Positions 39,317 to 54,419 are shown, numbered from the stretch's first letter. The stretch is DNA of 64,000 nt from Octopus sinensis (GCF_006345805.1 NC_043006.1:10416001-10480000), one strand, 5' to 3'. Numbers and translations: made by a program. Notes: generated by a model from the sequence alone, not told the origin.

Positions 39317-40419
39317 CAGCGGCATGACGTGATCTTTGATGCTGTAACCTGCCAGCAGCTGAATACACGGAAATACTAATACAACCCAGCAGTATAGCAG
39401 AAAAATAACTCCCAAAGACTGGAATATCTACAATTTCCTATCAGTATTTTAAATTTCCCTCAAAATAAGATATGAAACCTACATATCTAAAGTTTTTGAA
39501 CACACAAACGATCAGCTTTAACAACTTTGATATCTACAACTTCTGTGTATATTACCCTTTCCTTTCTCTCTGAGTATTCGAAAATGTAAACATTCTCTCT
39601 ATTCTATTGCTGTATGGGCAAAGAAAAAATCATATTTAGTGAATCCTAAAACTTTAAAATCTACAATTTTCTGTGAAAATTTTACTCTCCTTCTCTTCCT
39701 TTTCCATTCTCCCTGAGTATTCGAAAATGTAAACATACATATTTTTGAAAAAATAAATACACTACAGTCTTCTCTGATCGGACATAAAAACGAACATCTT
39801 TAGAAAATTTAATAACCTTAAAATTTGTGTGAAAATTTCATCTTTCTTTTCTTCCTGACAACCCGAATATGTAAACATACATTTTATTGCAACAACACAA
39901 TTAAATGCACGATAAAACAAATTAAGGAGGTAAGAACTTGCCAATATATACAAACTGCACAATTACAAAAACTGTAAACCACGACAAAACTTATAAGAAG
40001 CAAAGAAATAATTTTAAAATAAACATTCAGAAATTCAACAATTGAACAATGTGAACGTCAATTTTTTTCTATCGGGAATTTAAAATAGAACAAGGTGAAT
40101 TGGTTCTTTTCAAGGCCAAGGTCAGTGCTCTCACTGACCGCAAGAAATAGTAAACACATTTGACCTCTGCTGACCCCAAAGATGTGAGGTCTCTGTTGTC
40201 GCATTATCGAACTGGAATGCCCATTGCTGATCTCCTCACCGTCTGCCGAATCTATTTACAGACCTGTAGAATTTTGGTCTATTCATCAAGCTGCTTATCT
40301 TCCTCCTACTATTCCCTTTAACACGCACGTATTTATAATTATCTCAAGTGCAAAGCAAATGTGGATACTAAACAAAATTCAATAATAACATTTAATAAAA
40401 AACGGAAATGATACTACTT

Positions 40420-40473
40420 CTACAACTACTACTACTACTACTATACTACTACTACTACTACTACTACTAATAA

Positions 40474-40542
<69 letters not shown>

Positions 40543-40666
40543 TAATAATAATATGATAATAATAATAATAATAATGATAATAATAATAATATAATAATAT
40601 TAATAATAATAATATAATAATAATAATAATAATAATATTAATAATAATAATAATAATAATATAATG

Positions 40667-40714
<48 letters not shown>

Positions 40715-40716
40715 TA

Positions 40717-40776
<60 letters not shown>

Positions 40777-40812
40777 TAATAATATAATAATATAATAATA
40801 ATAATAATAATA
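40420..40812. repeat. (CTA)n to (TAA)n compound microsatellite
   Basis: Visible. Confidence 0.95.
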
Positions 40813-40999
40813 GTCGAATGAGAGGATATATTAGCAATGACAAATAGTAAAAGAATAAATATAATAATGTCAGCGATGACAGTAATAATAATGAAAGGAA
40901 ACGGTTGGAATCTCCCCATATCCTGATTGATGATGCATCTAGTGATGGTGTCAGAATAAAATCACTGGTAAGTGTGCAACGTGACAATCGCTACCTGAT

Positions 41000-41830
41000 A
41001 TGAGTGACAATGGAAAAGAAAATATTATGAATAACGGCGTTAATGAAACTGAGACCCTTGATGGTGACAGTGTTGAAACCGGCAGGCGCAGACTTACAGA
41101 TCCGGCTTCAGCCTGCCTTTTTCCCTCAATGAACCAGCACATACGGCGTAAATGGAACAAACCGGTCGATGTTGTGGTCATGTAGTGTTACTACCTGAGC
41201 AACCTTGTAGACAAAAATGGTGTTCATATCAGGGGATACTGACAACGTATGTATGATCGATGGAGAGGAAGGGAATTGTTTCAACTCATGGAACAGAGAG
41301 CAATAAGAAAAAAATCGAAGTAAAGCTTGAAGCTATCAAAAGACGGGTATTGGAGAACAGCAGCTGAAGAAACGATGAAAATACAGTTCCTCAGTGAAAA
41401 TTGAACCAATAAACGAATAATGTCAATGAAATTCCGAAATACATCAGAGCAAAAAACATCAGAGAAACAAATAATTTGATCTAGGCAACAAGTATTGTTG
41501 TAGCAGAAAATGTGCGTGTTGATGTCATGATAAAGCAATATAATGGGAGTGACAAAAGAAAAGATCCATGGTGGAAAAGAAGAATACAAGCGGGGTTATA
41601 AAAGCTACCGAAGGACATTTCTGTGTTAGACCGAAAAGAGAATGGGGAGCTTAAAAGCGAACAAAAAAAAACAGGGCACTGAACAGGAAGTATGCTATTG
41701 TAAGAAATGACCTGAGAGAGCTAATGGAGGAACTGAAACAACGCCTCTTTGAAAAGAAAGCAAAGATGGTAAGATACGACCAAAGAATGAAGGGACGCCA
41801 GCAGAATAGGTTAATCAGAGGGGATCATAC
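41000..41830 (+). mobile_element. R4/Dong LINE N-terminal ORF remnant
   Basis: RRKWNKPVDVVVM*CYYLS and LMEELKQRLFEKKAKMVRYDQR..QNRL match the R4/Dong N-terminal region; lies downstream of (TAA)n. Confidence 0.75.
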
Positions 41831-41889
41831 CTTTCGAGGTATAATACCATAGATAACATCATTGGTATCACACTACCCGATTGTCCCAT

Positions 41890-42170
41890 CAACGATATGA
41901 AAACGTGCCCAAGGCCTTGTGTAGTATATGAAGTAGTCTGCAGTATATGTGAGGTATCCTATAAAAGAAGGACCAGCAGGAAATAGCACCTCCGTTTAAA
42001 GAATATCTGCACCTGGACACCTAAGCAGAGAACACCTATAGAAGTGCTAAACCCGTACATTTCAAGTTTCTATCAGGGCCATCCAATGCAACAGGGACAA
42101 TCTCAAAATCATGGAGACCCAAACTGAGACCAGTTATTAACAACAGGAACAATCTAGATGAAACAGACAG
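41890..42170 (+). pseudogene. PLE-type GIY-YIG endonuclease remnant
   Basis: CVVYEVVCSICEVSYKRRTSRK*HLRL resembles VVYxxxCxxCxxxYxGxTxRxLxxR. Confidence 0.6.
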
Positions 42171-42570
42171 GTCACTGAAGCACCACCGCTATAGGCGTGT
42201 CAGGTTCCTTCTACCTGCCATTCTTTTTCCCAACGCTTCCTCTTTCCTCCCACGCATCTGAACAACGACATTTTCCAAATACCACTTTTCCCAAAAGTCC
42301 CGAAGAAGCGGTTATAATTACAACATATAGAAATACAAGGAGAAACTGCAACTTTCTCTTGTTTTCTGAACCTTTTCTTTTTGTAGTTTACTTTGTACAT
42401 TCTGCAATTGTTACCACCTAACAAAACAAATCTCTAAATTTATACTGCAAGTGACGGTGGCTACACGCAATTTTAAAACAACAGAGAAATAATTCACAAG
42501 TAATGAAGGGTGCAGTGAGCATCGGCATTGCCTGAAATAAGAGTCAAATAGAGCATTTAAATATATATAT

Positions 42571-42640
<70 letters not shown>

Positions 42641-42645
<5 letters not shown>

Positions 42646-42810
42646 AATAAGCAATAAGAATATCCAGAGGTAATGCAGGATATCCTTGTTGCTTATTTTG
42701 ATTATAATTACCTTATTTTAAATTATATGGATATACCATATTAAATTCTGTTGCCTTTAACTTAAGTAACATATTCATCTGAATCTAAATTTTAGTGAAC
42801 TTACATATAT
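42641..42810 (+). mobile_element. Dispersed (TA)n-associated repeat with 24-bp terminal inversion
   Basis: Arms at 42642-42665 and 42678-42701 (2 mismatches); body is the reverse complement of 62963-63090. Confidence 0.75.
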
Positions 42811-43344
42811 GTATGTATGTATTTTCATTCATATATATGCATATATATATTAGGAGTGTGTGTGCATGTGGAGTGGGCGTGCGCGCACCTTAGTAAATAG
42901 CAGCTCCAATATGGCTACCTCAAAACGAAAAATATAATTTCATCAATATAATATATTAGCAAGCAGCATTGGAATAAAATTGAAAGTAAGGAAGATACGC
43001 CAGCGGGAGTTCATCTTGACAAGCTATTACAAATTTCTCATATGATTTTCCAACTGAATTTTCTACTTTCAATGTATATATAAACGGCACTACACAGATA
43101 AAGGGTAAAACTATTGAGGGTTGGATGGATTCTGTTTAATATCTTATTTGTATTACTTGACATATGGTATGTGTTTTGTAATATTTCATCTCGGAGACTT
43201 TATGAGTTAATGGCAACTATATTTGGTTTTCTCTGGTGTCCATGGAATGTATCTATGCAAATATATGAGTATATAAGCATATGATACACAGTTTCAGATA
43301 AGTATATTTTCAATTATGTATACGCACACACAAACACACACACA

Positions 43345-43410
<66 letters not shown>

Positions 43411-43579
43411 TATATGTATTATATATATGTATATATATATGTATATATATATATGTATATATATATATGTATATATATATGTATATATATATATATATTA
43501 TATATATATATATATATACATATATACATGTACACGTATTAGATACATATATGTATGTACATATATCTATTTATATATG

Positions 43580-43636
<57 letters not shown>

Positions 43637-44074
43637 GGGCATACATACATACATGTATATGGATTCATATAAAGAAATGCATGAAAGGAAAAATATGTAA
43701 AAAATTAAGAAAGATATATTAATGTAAATAACTATTTGTGTAAATGAATATAAATACATTTGGGTTGATACATATCTGTAAGTATTTGTATTTGCATATG
43801 TACACATGCTTAAACACATCTGTGTATATTCATGCATGAGTGTGGCTGTAATTTTATGAAAAAGTGTTTTTCATTCAACCACTCCTCTTGACAATATGTG
43901 CGTATAGATATTTATGAATATGTTCACACATGTATGCATATATATATATATATATAGAACGTGAGGTAGACGGAAAATCAGAAAGTAAGATAGATAAATG
44001 CATTAGTATACGTGCACATAGGTATATATATGTTAGTATATATATATATATATATTATATATATATATATATAT

Positions 44075-44110
<36 letters not shown>

Positions 44111-44273
44111 GTGTGTGTGTGTGTATGTGCAAGTTTACATACATACACAATAGTAAAACATATGTGTATATGTATCTATAATATATGTAGGTATACATGA
44201 TTATATATATATATATGGATATATATATATAAGGATATATAGATATATATAAGGATATATATATATATATATT

Positions 44274-44323
<50 letters not shown>

Positions 44324-44964
44324 ATATATATATACATATACATGTATATATGTATTTCCCCTTTAACTTGTTTCAGTTAAATGCATACATTTAATATAGA
44401 AACAGATAGCTAGAGTAACACGAAAAGAAATTTCATTGGGACGTGAAACAAATATAAACAAAAAATGATATGTAGAAAGAATAATGAGAATGTTTACAGA
44501 TGAAACATTATGTTAATATTGGGGCAAGATGAAGTAAAAGCGTAAATACTCCCTTTCCACGAAATAAACTTCCAAGCGAAATCGTTCATTTTGTTGATTT
44601 AAACTATGAATGCATCAATTCAGAAACATAGATCGACTTAACATAAGATAGAAAATAGATTTTCCTTCAACAACAAGATAAATGGCGTTATTCGGTGTTT
44701 TATTCGGTATTCGGTATACGAAGGGTGCGGCTCGTTTCCTGAACAACGCTGTTTATATTTTGATATATTTTCGTTTAGTTGATTCATTCTTGTAAGTCCC
44801 ATGATTTTATTTATCGCTTTTTGTGAATTTGTGAAATGAGATTTTTCTATATATATGATCGTGGTTCATATGACATCTCTGAGAGTAAAGAATATATGAG
44901 GAGTGTAGAACGATAAACCATTCGGTTACTAAGTATTGTGAGAGACATAGGAAGCGCTTGTGCA

Positions 44965-45057
<93 letters not shown>

Positions 45058-45061
<4 letters not shown>

Positions 45062-46895
45062 CATGGCAGCACTTTGAAAACATTGTCACCTATACATGCT
45101 CTAAACACGCTCCCACGAAATCTACTAACACAAACAGAAACCGGCTCCCTAAAAAGAAAAAAAAAAACACTTATCAGGCACATCGAAAGACTCAACAAAA
45201 AAATCAACCAATTAAAATATTCCCACACGCAACATCCACACTCAACAACAATGAAAAGGCTAGAGCTTGAAAAACTTCATTTGCAGAACGACATGAAAAC
45301 CTCCATTGAAAATCAAAGAGCTGTGGAGGAACAGTGGATAATCAAAAAACATCAAACAGAAACCAAAAGTGTTCTATTCTTATGCAAATAAGCATAGAAC
45401 CACTGTCTCACCCATTGGGCCATTGATTGATGATAACGGCATTCCCCAACACGATGCTAAAGAAATGGCAGAAATACTGCAGAAACAATACTGCTCTGTC
45501 TTTAGTGTTCCCACTGATATTGACGTAAGAGAAGCGAACGAAGTTGACTCTCAACATAAAATCTCAGACATAACCTTCACTGCCACTGACATCATAGCAG
45601 CAATAAATGAGGTCAAATACTACTCTGCTGTAGGCCCTGCTAGATTCCCCGCTAGTCTCCTGAAGGAATGTAGACACCAACTTGCAGTCCCTCTGACCAA
45701 CCTCTGGAGAAATTCGTTAGACGCAGGTTATATACCAAAACAGTTTCTATCCCAGTCAGTCATCCCGGTTTTCAAACAGGGAGACAGATCCCTCGCACTC
45801 AGCTATCGCCCAATCTCACTCACCTCCCACAACATCAAAATGTTTGAAAGAGTGTTAAGATCAAGGATAGCTGACTTCCTGGAGACCCACAAACTCCTAA
45901 ATGCAAATCAGCATGGCTTTCGCTGTGGCAGGGACTGTCTAACACAGCTCTTACACCACATTGAAGATGTACTCAAAGCCTTGGGAACAGGTTCGAACTT
46001 GATGTCATATATCTTGACTTCAGTAAAGCGTTCGACAGAGTAGACCATAATATCCTACTCTCAAAATTGGCAAATGTTGGAATCCGTGGAAAAGTTCTAC
46101 ACTGCATTAAGTATTTTCTGGCGAATAGAACACAACATGTTGTAGTTGATGGAGTCCATTCAAGCGCAGCAAAAGTCACCAGCGGTGTCCCCCAGGGGAC
46201 TGTCTTGGGTCCGCTACTCTTTATAATCTACATAAACGACCTTTCCAGTGCCATACATTACTGCAAAGTGAAAATATTTGCTGATGACACTAAGCTCCAG
46301 CAAATCGTCAATGAAGAAGCAGACCGAACTCAAATCCAGTCTGATCTATATGCTGTGAGTCAATGGGCAGACAGAACCAAAATGCAACTGAACGAGCGAT
46401 TATTGGGATCGCCTTAAAGCCTTGAAACTCTACTCTCTCCAGCGTCGCCGTGAGCGGTACATCATTTGTACGATGTGGAGAATATACCGCCAACTTTGCC
46501 CAAACGACCTGAACATTAGCTTCAAGGTTCATCCAAGACTGGGACCACGGGCCATACGTCCCCTGCCTAATTCAAGATTACAGCATACATGTACACTACA
46601 ACATAATTTCTTTTACTCAACAGGTCTTGCCCTATTTAACATTGTCCCGAAAGAGATCAAAGAGGAACAGGATCCCATCAACTTTAAACGGAGTCTGGAT
46701 AGATTCCTTCAAGGAATACCAGATAAGCCACCCATAATTGGATACAACTCACCCAACAAAAACTTACTACTTGAATGGACCGTAAACAAAACTTGACTTA
46801 AACAGGATTCAAATAATCCTATCAGGTGGTGCTATTATGTTAGACATGACCTGGAGCAATCATTGGTCGAAACATATCTAAGTTTATGTAAGTTT
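45058..46895 (+). mobile_element. CR1-group LINE: EN-RT linker, RT and 3' end; frameshifted with an internal deletion
   Basis: VFYSYAN, GPARFPASLLK, YRPISLTSH, QHGFRCGRDC, SGVPQGTVLGPLLFIIYIND, FADDTK, LYSLQRRRERY; 3' GGTGGTGCT..CATGACC..GGTCGAAAC followed by an AAGTTTAT-type tail. Confidence 0.95.
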
Positions 46896-46990
46896 ATATA
46901 TATATATACGTATATAAATATATATATATATTTATATTATATATATCTACATATACAGATATAAATACATGCATATATATACATATGCAC

Positions 46991-47085
<95 letters not shown>

Positions 47086-47099
47086 GTTGATAGGGATTT

Positions 47100-47330
47100 C
47101 AGAGAATTCATGAAACAGATATAGTTTTCGTGCTCTTGTTCGTTTTATATATTCTTTGTCAAGTTGTTTAATGTGTAAGGATAAGTGGAGCTATGTGAAT
47201 AATAATGAAATGTCGTGTAGATAGGCCGTGGAAGTATGGAAGAAAAATGATAGAACAGGATGCCATGCAAGTATGGTCTAGTAGAGCGTGGATTAATAGA
47301 GTTAAGCATAAGGTCAACAATTTTAATAAA
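47100..47330 (-). pseudogene. Possible very old PLE RT N-terminal remnant
   Basis: STRPYLHGILFYH..LPRPI..STY loosely matches PxLYGLPKxHK..PLRPI..SxTY. Confidence 0.3.
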
Positions 47331-47650
47331 GGGGATTTTTCTTAATTACATTTGCACCCAATACTTGCTTGATTCTTAATTTCATCACCTGCGAAGAGAT
47401 GGAAGGCAAAACTATTCTCTCTGGATTTCAACTCAAGATGCATACAGCCGCAACAAATAAGGCAATGTACTTCATCCGACGTTCTACCAATTCCATTTAA
47501 TCCACTGATTTAACACTTCAAGAAATAATGAAGCTAAACATTTCGCTTTCTTCAGTCTAAATGGCTAACATTGCTATTTCACATGTGTGTGTATCTCAGA
47601 GGGCCCCAACGATTTTATATGCATGTGTTTTTCTATATTGTTGTGTTTAC

Positions 47651-48052
47651 AAGGTGGTGAGCCGATAGAAACGTTAGCACGCCAGCTGAAATGCGTAGTC
47701 GTATTTCGTCTGCCGTTACGTTCCGAATTCAAATTCGGCCGAAGTCGACTTTGCCTTTCATCATTTCGGGGTCAATAAATTAAGTACGAGTTACGCACTG
47801 GGGTCGATATAATCGGCTTAATCCGTTTGTCTGTCCTTGTTTCTCCCCTCTGTGTTTAGACACTTGTGGGTAGTAAAGAAATAGGTATTTCGTTTGTCTT
47901 TACGTTCCGAATTAAAATTCCGCCGAGGAAGACTTTGCCTTTCATCATTTCTGGGTCTATAAATTAACTAACAGTTGCATACTGGGGTAGGTCTGATCAA
48001 CTGGCCCACTCCCCAAAAACTGCGGGCCTTGTACCAAGAGTAGAAAAGAATA
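47651..48052 (+). mobile_element. SINE family B dimer (unit 1 plus terminal unit)
   Basis: Junction AAGAAATAGGTATTTCGT; ends GAGTAGAAAAGAATA. Confidence 0.88.
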
Positions 48053-49135
48053 TGGTTGTGTTTACTAGGTTGAGTACACATCAATGTGCTAACAAGAATT
48101 ATTCGATATCGCTTAGATACGTGAGCATTTATTAGACCGTCGCACACCTGGGTAGAATCAAGGAGTGTAACTGTACGTAGCGTACGTAGACATGTGTTGG
48201 TGCTGGTTCAGCTTGAGGTCAAGTACTGAATTCCCTAACGACGCAGCTGTTAGAAATTTCGTGAAGGACACAGATTTCTCTTCTTACCATTTTTGATAAC
48301 ACCATAGATATTTCTGTTTCATTGCCATACTTCACACTAATACTGCTCCATATTTTTGACTACGTTTTGTACAAGAGATTAAGTAAAAAATTCTCTACTA
48401 TGACATTGCAGTGAAATTGAAAAAATAATATGCTTTTAATTCTAGAAAATTATTGAAGTCTGTTTCTTTTTCCGTCATAATTACTTTCAACGCTATGTTA
48501 TTATTCAAATCAACTGAATTGTAACAGGGATTTTTAATTCTTTAAATTGTAAATTTTCTAAATATCAACAGTAGTTCTGGGCATACTTTGCAACACGAAG
48601 TCTGAAATTACTGCTTTATATTTACATACACAAATGAGGAACATCTAAGACCAATGGGAAGCTGGGTTTCATACATTTAAATTAAAATCTGTAAATGCTA
48701 ATTGGTTGTGGCACTGTACAATAATTCGAACGGACATTAATGTAATGTTGTATTTATTTCTGGTTTATCTAATGAGATAGGGGAATCAAATTTATCATGG
48801 AAATTTTGGTTAAACATCAAGAGAGTCTTATTTGGACTGGAAAAATCATAGAATTCGCTAAAACTGGTAAACAGTAATGATTTTGGCGTGATGTTCATGA
48901 ATGGGTTCCATAAGTTTAATTGTCGTAACGAGAGAAAAACTGACATTTACAAACCAAAATGTTAGTCAGTTTGTTCTTCACGTCAACTAAAATTATCAAA
49001 CTCGTCTATGACATTCTGAAGAATCTCATCGTGCCGAAGTGCATAAATGTGAACTTACTTGTACACGTATCGTAAGAATATGCTTGCACATACTCAAACT
49101 CACGCATGCACACAAATAGATACACTCACAAACTT

Positions 49136-49210
<75 letters not shown>

Positions 49211-49579
49211 TAGAGATAGATAGATAGATATGTTTCTTTATTAGCCACACAGGGCTGCACACAAACGGGACAGATTACATAGTAGAGCTTTTCTTTGGGG
49301 GGGGGGAGGTTGGGCAGGTTTTCGATCAAAAGGGATCGTAAAAGGGAAAGAAAAATTTTAAAAAAAGGAAAGAAAAAATAGAAAAAAGGGAAGAAAAAAG
49401 AAAAAAGGAAAGGAGAAAAACGATCAATAGGGATCGTGTATTACATGGATAGATAGACAGAAAGACAGATACTAGTTTGAGTTAATTTTTGTTTTATTAT
49501 TTTAATCTTCGATATATATTTCAAACAAATTATACACAAACAACGTTTATTCGTCAAAACATATTCCATTATATGCTAG

Positions 49580-50560
49580 TGCTTATTGCAATCTTTCAGC
49601 GAGAAGCTTAATTCCATGTCGATAGCACTTGGCTGGTTTAGAGACCAAAAACACCCTTTATCCGTTTCCAACCTCATCCATATTGGTGACCCACTGTTCG
49701 TACAGTGAACGAGTCTTGGCTCGGAAAAATATGGTAATCTGTTGGTGCATGGTCTAGAGTGTAATGAGAGTAAGGTAGCAATTCTTGTCCCTCAAGTTTG
49801 CACAATGTCAAATTGAGAGTATGCAGAAGCATTGTTATGCTGTAGGTGTATGTTTCTCCGATTGAGCACTCACGTGTAGTGGACTTTCAAAGCACCATAT
49901 ACTTGCTTTAGTTGTTGTGCATAAAGGTTAGCGTTCAGAGCATGGCCATCTTGGACAGGTTTGAAGTACAAAACCCCACTCAAAATTCCACTAAAAAGAC
50001 AGCATAACATTGTCTTCGTTCCAAGAATGTTCTGAAGCATGGGCGGAACAAGGCCAGTGATTTCTCTTATTAGGATTACGAAAATACATCCATTTTCACT
50101 AAAAAAACTCCAATTCGATGCCAAAACGGTCATCTCGATGATTTACCAGCAGTTGTTTGCAAATTTTCACACATCGTTGAGCAGAGTCATTAGTCAGTTC
50201 ATAAGACACTTCTCTGCAGTATCTGTTCAGAAGTCCGAGCTTATGCTTCTGTCGAATGATGCTGCTTTAGGAAGAACCAATTACTACCAACAATGTACGA
50301 ATGCTTGTGCATGGCTGCTCTTCACCTATTTCCCACAACAGAAGATCTACCTGGCTTTGGTTTTTTCTTCAAAGTTGGTGTCACTTCCCTTGCTACACGT
50401 TTGCTGACCGTTCCTGGCCCTTCTATATCGTTAATTTCTTTTCCCGATGCCTTTTTTGGTTTTCTACATGGCCCTAATTGCAATTTTTTCATCACCCATT
50501 TTCAAAGTAGTAAATAAAATATGAACAATTAATGTTTAAAAGTTTTATATGAAAATAAAG
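49580..50560 (-). mobile_element. Mariner transposase pseudogene
   Basis: KWMYFRNP, KTMLC..GVLYF..LNANLYAQQL, ELLPYSHYTLDHAPTDYHIF (decayed PHPAYSPDLAPSDYHLF). Confidence 0.85.
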
Positions 50561-51428
50561 AATACAATTCAATAACGATTGAACAAGTTTTAGATGTTTG
50601 TTTTCATAATCATCAGTGACAATCGTAGAAAACTTTTGACAAAACCGGCTATATATGAGTGTGTGTGTGCGTGTGTGTGCGCATTCATATGTACGTAAAT
50701 TATTCGCCGTGAGAGAAGTCAGCTTATATTTGACCAAGTTACAACTTAGCGGTATCGAAATCAGAATTTATTCACTGCGGGGCGAATTTTCTAACCATGT
50801 CTATACACTATGCCTACATATGTATATATATATATATGTTATATTTTGTAACAACTGTATTTCTCGATTTATACAGCTATACATGTGTGTTTGTGAGTAC
50901 GTTCGTCCGTGTGACTATAAGTATGTTTGTAAATGTGTGTGAAATACTATTGTTACGACGTATATAATACCACGTTTTCCGCTTGTCGTAAAAGAAATTA
51001 ATGGAGTAGTGAGGCGAAAGATTTAGATAAAATATGAATATTTTTAAAAATACAAAAGACAATGTTTTGTATGTGTGTGTGTGTTCTTTGTTTTTATAGA
51101 GAAACAATGGAAGATTAGAAGATTTAATTTATAGATCTTTCAACAAGAAGAAAATAAAGAATCATTGTCTCCGCTTTTTGAAATAAATTAAAGTGTTTAT
51201 CAAATTTAGATTATAAAGTGGTGATTTATCAAGTGTAAATTTAAACTCTCTTCATTAATCTAGAATAATTATTTTCAAAGTAAACGAATAGAAATATATT
51301 GCTGTTTATCTATGTATACATGCGAGTGAGTGCGTTTGTATGTATGCATGAATCTCTGCATATATGTATTTCCCCACCACCGTACGCAAACATGTTTAAG
51401 TATAACGTGTATATATATATATACATAT

Positions 51429-51506
<78 letters not shown>

Positions 51507-54419
51507 GTATATATATATATGTATATATATATATATTATATATATGTATATATACGCATACAAATACATATATACGCATGAATATATTTATTTGTATGTA
51601 TGTCTATATGTATATATGATGGTAAGTATATGTATGAATTATATATGCATACGTACACACATTATTTCATATTATCTGAAATGAATGTCTAAGCAGTGAA
51701 AATATACCAGCATAACCTGCATATGAGTAATTTTCAGGAATCTCATTGAAAGGATTGTTAACATTACCAAAGATTAGGTAAAATGGAATAAACCTCCATA
51801 CACTATCAACAAGCCCAACAGTTTCGAAATGCATCGATGAAAATGTTGAAAAAAATCTGACCAGGCACGGAAATGACCGAGATTCAGGTTATGTAACAGA
51901 GTCTATATATATACGGGAAGCATAGTACATATACACTCAATATAAAGACTAGATGGCCCAACACCGCTCCTCTAACCACAACTGACCAGCACGATAAGAC
52001 AAAAAAACCAACAAAGTATCACAATGCCACGTGTAATTTTTCAGCAACTATCAAAGGAACTGAAATATATAATGAATATATAAACATCAATATAATAATA
52101 TGTCATTAGCTCATACGTTGGCCATACAGATGTAACTGGAAACAAGAACAATCAGTCGCAAAATATAATTCATTTGAAAATCTATACCCACTGAAAAGGC
52201 CATTCGCTCGATATGATGAGTTATTTTGGGGTGAGGAAAGGCGTAAATACAGACAACAAACGTTGTGTTTATAGATTTTAATAATATGGCTCTTCCAAAA
52301 TGTATATAAAATTGGTTTCAGTAGACGGTTCTAGATCGAAAATCTGGCAAAACAAATTTAAGGGTGATCTATATTTCTTTTCAGTCTACACAGTTTTATA
52401 TTGTTTTCTGTTAGTTATTTTTTTATTATTATTTCATTATTTCAGATGTAAGTATTCTCTAAATTCCTGTGTTGTTCTTTAGTTACCTCCTGATGAAACA
52501 TTGTGTGATCTTGTATAGTAGTTATTTCTTGTGTTATTTATGGCTAGGAGTTACCATGATTTAGTATTAATTTTTAAAGCATACATAATTATGCCGATAT
52601 CAAAGACTAAATCAAGTGTTCTGAAACCTGAATTGAGAAATTTACATCTATATGATCTCGGCCCCTCGTAAAAGATGGGGTTTTGTTATATCATTTAAGG
52701 TAAAGTTTTTTGCTTACTATATTAATATCTAATAATGCTTTCTTAAACTTCCAAATTTTACTAGTATTTATAGTCAATAAACCACCTAAAGTCTTTTTTA
52801 TTTGCAGTCGCTACAGTGCTAAGTAATAAATTATTAATCCTTCAATAATATGATATCTTGCATTTATACGTATTTATGAAAATAAAGTTGATCCTCTTTT
52901 TCTCTTGAGTTGTTTGTTAAACATCAGTAACTTCAAATGATAAGAGGATAAAAATTGTCTTTTATAGTTTATGTTCGCAATTAAATATATCTAAGTTAAG
53001 GTCTTTCACATTTGTCTTCAGATAATCGCGTTAAGAATACAAGAATAACGAAGACTAAGTACTTATTGTGAAGAAACTGTGTTTCGCCACACAATCAATT
53101 TTTACTCGTTAGCTGTGAATTTGTTGGCTTATTACTGTATGGCAAAGAGCACATGGCTCTGAGGGATAAAATGATGAACCCGGTCAGGTAACACATAAAT
53201 AAGATTTTGACAATCCGAACCAAAATGTTTAATATTATAGCCACTCCTTTATCTATGTAAGGAAACAAAATGTTGTAAACTTTTTCCTTCTCTAGCATCG
53301 TTTTTGGAATCAAAGTAAGAAGATAATTTAAAAGAAGAAAATCTTACGAGTTGTATGATTAAGAACTTAATCTGAACAGAATTTCCAGAGAGTCTCCTGC
53401 AACGGAGGAAATACTTTACCCAATTATTCGTTGAAGATATCATTGATGCTATAATATTTAGTATTAAAAAATAGATCATCCATCAGTCTTCGACATCACT
53501 AATGATGACTGACAAATACATTTATATTCTTCATAATCACATATGTATCGCTTACATTTGATTCCTTGTAAAGGAAGTATTCAAATCGTTTTATCAAACC
53601 TGTTCTAGGATACTGTCTAAGGATTTGTTCACAAACCTAATTCTACGGTGCTTTGTGGTTTTGTTTTTGTTGTTAGCTCTTTTGCTATCACAATATTATG
53701 GTGTGAGCTTGAACAACTGTGGATAAGTGTTTTTCACTAAACAAAGTCTATGCAGTTGAAACAGGATTAGGAACATGGATTCGGGAGATAGATCTGAAAA
53801 TATGACATACTTTTCTCTTCTAACAATCCTTATAATGCCAATCAAATATTTCTCTGATCATCAATATTCAACGTTTAAAAGAGCCTAACACTCTTTCACA
53901 CTGCAAACAATTGCCAGAAAAAACTTTCATCAAGCCTAACGAAAAATATTAAATATGCCTTGAATTAACATAGAAATGTTAACATAAGTGTCAAATAAAA
54001 TATGTTGAAGGCAACTCGCTAAGCTGGGGACAGAGCGCAACTATAGGGCAAACACTTATTTTTCGCCGTCATCCAGTTGGTGGCCAGCCGTAAGCGAATG
54101 ACGTTGTTAGTTGCGTTCATCCGTTGAAAGAATTGTACTGCACCTAATGGTAGTGTTGAGAAATAAAATATTAAGAAATATACGATAGTGATAAACAGCG
54201 AACTAATATGACTTGTCCGCGTTTGTAAATATAAGTTAATTTATTTGTAATGACTTGTAAGCATTCATTCATTTTGTGCTGGCACGTTATGATACAGATC
54301 TTCCCTTGTTGTGTTCGTAGCCCTGACAAAGTTGTAATACCATGTTTATAACATCTCCGTTTTTACAATGTTATGTGCTTTGTATACTTATTATCAATGC
54401 CTTACAACACAATTTAGGG

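Noticed and set aside
45369-46796. Longest ORFs (224, 116 and 124 aa) as a host or domesticated gene
   Set aside because: They are pieces of one CR1-group ORF2 with frameshifts and an internal deletion; no sign of an intact frame.
46845-46875. GACC..GGTC-GAAAC as a hammerhead
   Set aside because: No CTGANGA core; it is the LINE 3' terminal signal.
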